Source: Flavobacteriaceae bacterium
GTDB lineage: Bacteria > Bacteroidota > Bacteroidia > Flavobacteriales > Flavobacteriaceae
DNA: 64,000 bases
NCBI GenBank assembly: GCA_013001285.1
Contig: JABDMU010000052.1
Span: forward strand, 2,714-66,713
Direction of reading: 5' to 3'
Shown here: in pieces, positions 58,903 through 64,000 of the stretch
How the letters are laid out: each line of letters begins with the position of its first letter
Numbering within the stretch: the stretch's first letter is position 1
Position numbers and translations under genes: made by a program
The notes under the pieces: generated by a model
What the model saw: only the letters and a program-made list of their open reading frames with translations
Database searches by the model: none
What the model was told of the DNA's origin: nothing

Positions 58903-59271
58903 ATGTTACAACAAGAATCAAGATTAAAGGTAGCTGATAACACTGGAGCAAAAGAGGTTTTAACCATTCGTGTTCTAGGTGGTACTAAAAGAAGATATGC
59001 TTCTGTTGGTGACAAGATCGTGGTTACTGTTAAAGATGCAACTCCTAATGGAAGTATTAAAAAAGGAGCTGTTTCAACTGCAGTTGTCGTGCGCACCGTA
59101 AAAGAAGTAAGACGTCCAGATGGTTCATACATCAGATTTGATGACAATGCATGTGTACTTTTAAATCCGCAAGGAGAAATGAGAGGAACTCGTGTTTTTG
59201 GACCTGTGGCAAGGGAGCTTCGTGATAAACAATTCATGAAAATTGTATCATTAGCACCTGAGGTGCTTTAA
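58903..59271 (+). CDS. rplN: 50S ribosomal protein L14
   Basis: [17 protein letters not shown]... is conserved. Confidence 0.98.
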   Translation: MLQQESRLKVADNTGAKEVLTIRVLGGTKRRYASVGDKIVVTVKDATPNGSIKKGAVSTAVVVRTVKEVRRPDGSYIRFDDNACVLLNPQGEMRGTRVFGPVARELRDKQFMKIVSLAPEVL

Positions 59272-59285
59272 TCCAAACTATTAAG

Positions 59286-59597
59286 ATGAAAAAGCTTAAA
59301 ATAAAAACAGGAGATACAGTAAAAATTATTGCTGGTGATCATAGAGGTGCAGAAGGAAAAGTTCTGAAAGTATCGAAGGAAAATAATAAAGCGATCGTTG
59401 AAGGTGTCAATATGATTAAAAAGCATATGAAACCTAACGCTCAAAATCCTCAAGGAGGAATTATAGAAAAAGAAGCACCAATTCATATTTCTAACCTGTC
59501 GTTGATGAACTCAAAAGGTGAAGCAACACGCGTTGGATATAGAATGGAAGGTGATAAGAAAGTAAGATTTGCAAAAAAATCTAACGAAGTAATTTAG
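59286..59597 (+). CDS. rplX: 50S ribosomal protein L24
   Basis: KOW motif region and gene order. Confidence 0.95.
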   Translation: MKKLKIKTGDTVKIIAGDHRGAEGKVLKVSKENNKAIVEGVNMIKKHMKPNAQNPQGGIIEKEAPIHISNLSLMNSKGEATRVGYRMEGDKKVRFAKKSNEVI

Positions 59598-59602
59598 AAG
59601 TT

Positions 59603-60154
59603 ATGGCTTATATTCCAAGATTAAAACAAGAGTACAAGGACAAGGTAGTTTCTGCTCTTACCGAAGAATTCGGTTATAAAAATATCATGCAAGTACCAAA
59701 ACTTGAGAAGATCGTAGTATCTAGAGGTGTTGGTGAAGCTGTTGCAGATAAGAAACTTATCGATCATGCCGTTGAAGAAATTTCAAATATTACAGGTCAA
59801 AAGGCCGTAGCAACATTATCTAAGAAAGATGTTGCGTCGTTTAAATTACGTAAGGGAATGCCAATTGGTGTTAAAGTGACCTTACGTGGTGAACGCATGT
59901 ACGAATTTTTAGATCGTTTGGTAACTTCAGCGTTACCTCGAGTAAGAGATTTTAGCGGAATTAAAGCTACCGGATTTGATGGTAGAGGTAATTACAATTT
60001 AGGTATAACTGAACAGATCATTTTTCCAGAGATAAATATTGATAAGGTCAATAAGATCGCAGGAATGGATATCACTTTTGTAACCTCGGCTGAAACAGAC
60101 AAGGAAGCAAAATCATTATTAACAGAACTAGGAGTACCTTTTAAAAAGAATTAA
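59603..60154 (+). CDS. rplE: 50S ribosomal protein L5
   Basis: Conserved sequence and gene order. Confidence 0.97.
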   Translation: MAYIPRLKQEYKDKVVSALTEEFGYKNIMQVPKLEKIVVSRGVGEAVADKKLIDHAVEEISNITGQKAVATLSKKDVASFKLRKGMPIGVKVTLRGERMYEFLDRLVTSALPRVRDFSGIKATGFDGRGNYNLGITEQIIFPEINIDKVNKIAGMDITFVTSAETDKEAKSLLTELGVPFKKN

Positions 60155-60156
60155 GT

Positions 60157-60426
60157 ATGGCTAAAGAATCAATGAAAGCCCGCGAGGTAAAACGTGCAAA
60201 AATGGTAGCTAAGTATGCAGCTAAACGCAAAGCTTTAAAAGAAGCTGGCGATTATGAAGGCTTGCAAAAATTACCAAAGAACGCTTCACCTGTGCGCATG
60301 CACAATAGATGTAAACTTACAGGAAGACCAAAAGGCTATATGCGTCAATTTGGAATTTCGAGAGTGACATTTCGTGAAATGGCAAATCAAGGGTTGATAC
60401 CTGGGGTTAAAAAAGCAAGTTGGTAA
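60157..60426 (+). CDS. rpsN: 30S ribosomal protein S14 (long, non-zinc form)
   Basis: Length 89 aa, no CxxC pairs, C-terminal KASW. Confidence 0.95.
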   Translation: MAKESMKAREVKRAKMVAKYAAKRKALKEAGDYEGLQKLPKNASPVRMHNRCKLTGRPKGYMRQFGISRVTFREMANQGLIPGVKKASW

Positions 60427-60495
60427 ATTTATAATTGGTTTCAGGTTCAATGTTCATGATGAGTGTTGAAAACCGTCACCGCAAATTAAATAGAT

Positions 60496-60894
60496 ATGTA
60501 CACAGATCCAGTAGCGGATTATTTAACAAGAATTAGAAACGCAGTGCGTGCCAATCACAGAGTGGTTGAGATCCCTGCTTCTAATTTGAAAAAAGAAATG
60601 ACTAAAATATTATTCGATCAAGGATATATTTTAAGTTACAAGTTTGACGATTCTTCTGTTCAAGGCACAATAAAAATTGCTTTGAAATACACAAAGGATT
60701 CTAAAGAACCTGTAATCAAAAAAATTCAAAGAATAAGTAAACCAGGTTTACGTAAGTATGCAAGTTCAAAAGAATTGCCACGTATTTTAAATGGTCTTGG
60801 TATTGCCATTGTTTCTACATCTCATGGTGTGATGACAGGCAAGCAAGCCCAGAAAGAAAACGTTGGTGGTGAAGTACTTTGTTACGTTTACTAA
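60496..60894 (+). CDS. rpsH: 30S ribosomal protein S8
   Basis: DPVADYLTRIRNA... is conserved. Confidence 0.97.
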   Translation: MYTDPVADYLTRIRNAVRANHRVVEIPASNLKKEMTKILFDQGYILSYKFDDSSVQGTIKIALKYTKDSKEPVIKKIQRISKPGLRKYASSKELPRILNGLGIAIVSTSHGVMTGKQAQKENVGGEVLCYVY

Positions 60895-60913
60895 TTTTTA
60901 AAGACTGTAAATT

Positions 60914-61456
60914 ATGTCAAGAATAGGAAATAATCCAATCGCAATTCCAGAAGGAGTTACCGTTGATATTAAAGATAATGTTGTTACAGTGAAAGGAAAG
61001 TTAGGTGAACTGACTCAAACTTTTGATGCTGTAAATATTAAGGTTGAAGATCAAAATATTTTAGTAACAAGATCATCAGATACAAAAGAACAAAAAGCCA
61101 AACATGGTTTATACAGATCACTAATGAACAATATGGTTGCTGGTGTTTCTAAAGGATGGACCAAAGAATTGGAACTAATAGGTGTTGGATATAGAGCAAC
61201 TAATCAAGGTCAAAAACTTGATCTTGCCTTAGGTTTTTCTCATAACATTGTGATCAATATCGCTCCAGAAGTGAAAATTGAAACAATTTCAGAGAAAGGA
61301 AAAAATCCAATTGTAAAATTAACATCACATGACAAACAATTAGTTGGCCAGGTTGCCGCTAAGATCCGTTCATTCCGTAAGCCTGAGCCTTACAAAGGAA
61401 AAGGAATCAAGTTTGTTGGTGAAGAAATAAGAAGAAAAGCAGGTAAATCAGCTTAA
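60914..61456 (+). CDS. rplF: 50S ribosomal protein L6
   Basis: MSRIGNNPI... is conserved. Confidence 0.97.
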   Translation: MSRIGNNPIAIPEGVTVDIKDNVVTVKGKLGELTQTFDAVNIKVEDQNILVTRSSDTKEQKAKHGLYRSLMNNMVAGVSKGWTKELELIGVGYRATNQGQKLDLALGFSHNIVINIAPEVKIETISEKGKNPIVKLTSHDKQLVGQVAAKIRSFRKPEPYKGKGIKFVGEEIRRKAGKSA

Positions 61457-61467
61457 TATTTAGAGTT

Positions 61468-61824
61468 ATGGCATTAACAAAGACCGAAAGAAGACAAAGA
61501 ATAAAAAGCAGAATTCGAAAAATAGTTTCTGGTACAGAAGCTAGACCAAGATTATCTGTTTTCAGAAGTAATAAAGAAATTTATGCTCAAGTTGTTGATG
61601 ATGTTACTGGTAAAACGATCAGTGCAGCATCTTCTAGAGATAAAGATATTAGTTCTGCTAAAGGAACAAAATCAGAAATTGCAGCCTTAGTTGGTAAAGC
61701 AGTTGCTGAACGTGCATTAAAAGCCGGCGTAGATACGATCTCATTTGATAGAGGTGGTTATTTATATCACGGTAGAGTTAAATCATTAGCCGAAGGTGCT
61801 AGAGAAGCAGGACTTAAATTCTAA
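61468..61824 (+). CDS. rplR: 50S ribosomal protein L18
   Basis: Conserved sequence and gene order. Confidence 0.96.
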   Translation: MALTKTERRQRIKSRIRKIVSGTEARPRLSVFRSNKEIYAQVVDDVTGKTISAASSRDKDISSAKGTKSEIAALVGKAVAERALKAGVDTISFDRGGYLYHGRVKSLAEGAREAGLKF

Positions 61825-61830
61825 GAAATT

Positions 61831-62355
61831 ATGTATCAGAAATATAAAAATGCAGAGTTAGTAAAGCCAAGTGGATTAGATCTTAAAGATCGTTTGGTTG
61901 GTGTGCAAAGAGTTACCAAAGTAACTAAAGGTGGTAGAGCGTTTGGCTTCTCAGCTATAGTTGTAGTTGGTGATGAAAATGGTGTTGTAGGACATGGTTT
62001 GGGAAAATCTAAAGACGTTGCTAGTGCAATTGCAAAAGCCGTTGAAGATGCTAAGAAGAACCTAGTGCGTATACCAATTGTAAAAGGAACTTTACCTCAT
62101 GAACAAAAAGGGAAATTTGGTGGTGCTCGTGTGAACATCATTCCAGCCGCGCCTGGTACAGGAGTTATCGCTGGTGGTGCTGTAAGAACTGTTTTAGAAG
62201 CCGTTGGTGTACATGATGTATTATCAAAGTCGCAAGGTTCATCAAATCCACATAACGTTGTAAAAGCTACATTCGACGCTTTATTACAATTACGTGATGC
62301 TAAGGCTATCGCTAGAGATAGAGGTATTTCTCTTGAAAAAGTGTTTAACGGATAA
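61831..62355 (+). CDS. rpsE: 30S ribosomal protein S5
   Basis: Conserved S5 dsRBD and C-terminal domain. Confidence 0.97.
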   Translation: MYQKYKNAELVKPSGLDLKDRLVGVQRVTKVTKGGRAFGFSAIVVVGDENGVVGHGLGKSKDVASAIAKAVEDAKKNLVRIPIVKGTLPHEQKGKFGGARVNIIPAAPGTGVIAGGAVRTVLEAVGVHDVLSKSQGSSNPHNVVKATFDALLQLRDAKAIARDRGISLEKVFNG

Positions 62356-62366
62356 TATAGGATACG

Positions 62367-62549
62367 ATGGCTAAGATAAAAGTAACAAAAATGAAAAGCG
62401 CGATCAATCGCACACAAAATCAAAAAAGAACCCTGGAGGCTCTTGGTTTGAAAAAGATTGGTCAAACTGTAGAACATAATGCCACACCAAATATTCTTGG
62501 GATGGTCAATAAAGTAAAACATTTAGTTTCTGTTGAAGAAACAAAATAA
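62367..62549 (+). CDS. rpmD: 50S ribosomal protein L30
   Basis: Size, sequence and gene order. Confidence 0.93.
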   Translation: MAKIKVTKMKSAINRTQNQKRTLEALGLKKIGQTVEHNATPNILGMVNKVKHLVSVEETK

Positions 62550-62561
62550 CACTACTGAAAA

Positions 62562-63014
62562 ATGGATTTAAGTAATTTAAAACCTGCAGAAGGTTCAGTT
62601 AAAAATAATAGTAAACGCGTTGGTAGAGGTCAAGGGTCTGGAAAAGGCGGTACAGCTACAAGAGGGCATAAAGGTGCTAAATCAAGATCTGGTTACTCAA
62701 GAAAGATCGGTTTTGAAGGAGGACAAATGCCATTACAACGTCGTGTTCCAAAATTTGGATTTACGAACATCAACCGTAAAGAATATCAGGGGATCAATCT
62801 TGATACTATTCAAGAATTGGTTGACAACAAAAAGATTAAAGGTACACTTGATTTTGATACCATGGTTGCGCTTCGTTTAACAAGAAGTAATGAACTTGTT
62901 AAGATTTTAGGAAGAGGCGAATTAAAATCAAAATTAACTGTAACAGCTCATAAATTTACCGCTTCAGCTAAAGCTGCTATTGAAGCTGCTGGTGGCGAAG
63001 CTGTAACCTTATAA
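62562..63014 (+). CDS. rplO: 50S ribosomal protein L15
   Basis: Gly/Arg-rich N-terminus (RVGRGQGSGKGGTATRGHKG) and gene order. Confidence 0.96.
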   Translation: MDLSNLKPAEGSVKNNSKRVGRGQGSGKGGTATRGHKGAKSRSGYSRKIGFEGGQMPLQRRVPKFGFTNINRKEYQGINLDTIQELVDNKKIKGTLDFDTMVALRLTRSNELVKILGRGELKSKLTVTAHKFTASAKAAIEAAGGEAVTL

Positions 63015-63028
63015 GAATTGTATAGACG

Positions 63029-64000
63029 ATGAAAATTATAGAAACTTTAAAAAGTGTTTGGAAAATTACAGAACTAAAGGATAGAATCATTCTAACCTTA
63101 GGTTTGCTATTGGTTTATCGTTTTGGAGCTCAAGTTACCCTTCCAGGGATTGACGCTTCCCAATTAACCGATCTTGCCAGTAGTTTTGGTGGTGGGGGAT
63201 TACCATCTATTCTAAACATGTTTACAGGTGGTGCATTGGCAAAAGCTTCGGTTTTTGCTTTAGGTATTATGCCTTACATTTCAGCGTCGATCGTTGTGCA
63301 ATTAATGGGTATCGCAATTCCTTATTTACAGAAATTGCAGAAAGAAGGGGCTAGTGGTCAAAAGAAAATTACTCAGATCACACGTTGGTTGACCATCGCT
63401 ATTTGTTTGGTACAATCACCAGCTTATCTTGGAAGTTTAGGTACACTAGGTGTTCCAGATTCTGCCTTTCTTTTAGTACAGGCTGGACATGGAACTGCAT
63501 TCTACTTTTCATCAATAATCTTACTTGTAACCGGATGTGTATTCGCCATGTGGTTAGGTGAGAAAATTACAGATAGAGGAATTGGAAACGGTATTTCACT
63601 GTTGATCATGGTAGGTATCATCGCTACTTTACCACAAGCATTCATACAGGAATATGTGGCACGAGTAACTGAATCTAATGGTGGGTTGATCATGATATTG
63701 ATCGAGCTTGTGATCTGGTTAGTGATCATATTAGCATCAGTGATGCTGGTTATGGCGGTTCGTAAGATTGCTGTGCAATATGCAAGGCGAAACCAATCAG
63801 GAGGCTTTGAAAAAAATGTGTTTGGTGCAAGGCAATTCATTCCGTTGAAACTCAATGCTTCAGGAGTAATGCCAATTATCTTTGCACAGGCAATTATGTT
63901 CGTTCCCGGATTAATTGGTGGAACAGATATGTTGAAGGATACTGGAGTTGGGCAATTTTTACAGGCCGAATTTGGAGGCAATATTTTTGGCTTCTGGTAT
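63029..64000 (+). CDS. secY: Preprotein translocase subunit SecY (3' end lies outside the window)
   Basis: Not in the ORF track because no stop is reached. My own translation from the ATG at 63029 gives MKIIETLKSVWKITELKDRIILTLGLLLVYRFGAQVTLPGID...ALGIMPYISASIVVQL...GEKITDRGIGNGISLLI, a typical SecY. It follows rplO. Confidence 0.93.
   Translation, partial: MKIIETLKSVWKITELKDRIILTLGLLLVYRFGAQVTLPGIDASQLTDLASSFGGGGLPSILNMFTGGALAKASVFALGIMPYISASIVVQLMGIAIPYLQKLQKEGASGQKKITQITRWLTIAICLVQSPAYLGSLGTLGVPDSAFLLVQAGHGTAFYFSSIILLVTGCVFAMWLGEKITDRGIGNGISLLIMVGIIATLPQAFIQEYVARVTESNGGLIMILIELVIWLVIILASVMLVMAVRKIAVQYARRNQSGGFEKNVFGARQFIPLKLNASGVMPIIFAQAIMFVPGLIGGTDMLKDTGVGQFLQAEFGGNIFGFWY

Noticed and set aside
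58893-59237. Long antisense ORFs inside ribosomal genes and secY. This covers 58893-59237 versus rplN, as well as 62097-62522 versus rpsE, 63502-63981 versus secY and 56050-56322 versus rplB.
   Set aside because: They sit opposite highly conserved, unmistakable genes. They have no motifs of their own and show the composition expected of mirror frames.
60427-60495. 69-nt spacer between rpsN and rpsH with an imperfect ggtttca…tgaaaacc pairing, a possible S8 operator.
   Set aside because: The pairing needs a bulge and a ~20-nt loop. I saw no resemblance to the known S8-binding helix and cannot assess conservation.
1-64000. Search for CRISPR arrays, tRNA/rRNA genes, IS elements, integrases and phage or defence-island signatures.
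   Set aside because: I saw no spaced direct-repeat arrays, no cloverleaf-sized GC-rich intergenic islands, and no transposase, integrase or recombinase-like ORFs. Intergenic regions are short and AT-rich.

Overview
AT-rich chromosomal segment with clear Bacteroidota/Flavobacteriia hallmarks. These include a SusC/SusD pair, a T9SS C-terminal sorting domain, TAnnTTTG-type -7 promoter boxes, and an rpsL-rpsG-fusA-rpsJ arrangement with no tuf. Order of content: (1) A sucrose/fructan-type utilisation cluster (partial TonB-dependent receptor, GPH/MFS symporter, cytoplasmic GH32/GH68-clan hydrolase, fructokinase), followed by a short decayed zone holding a KDPG-aldolase remnant. (2) Housekeeping genes: ECF sigma with a soluble ZAS anti-sigma, M3 peptidase, purEK, an in-frame hpt-adk fusion, obg, mpl, radC, rarA, rhomboid, rlmB. 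(3) A 2115-aa thioester alpha-2-macroglobulin with an internal SusC-style N-terminal module. (4) A TetR-ABC-HlyD-TolC operon whose ABC ATPase has only Walker A intact. (5) A CAZyme-free SusC/SusD locus with two paralogous lipoproteins, an arylsulfotransferase-like T9SS protein and a CRTAC1/ASPIC FG-GAP protein. (6) The str-S10-spc ribosomal protein supercluster running into a partial secY. I saw no rRNA, tRNA, CRISPR array, transposase or integrase. All functional calls come from reading motifs in the supplied translations; no database search was possible. The most unusual items are the chimeric A2M, the degenerate ABC exporter and the enzyme-poor SusCD locus.
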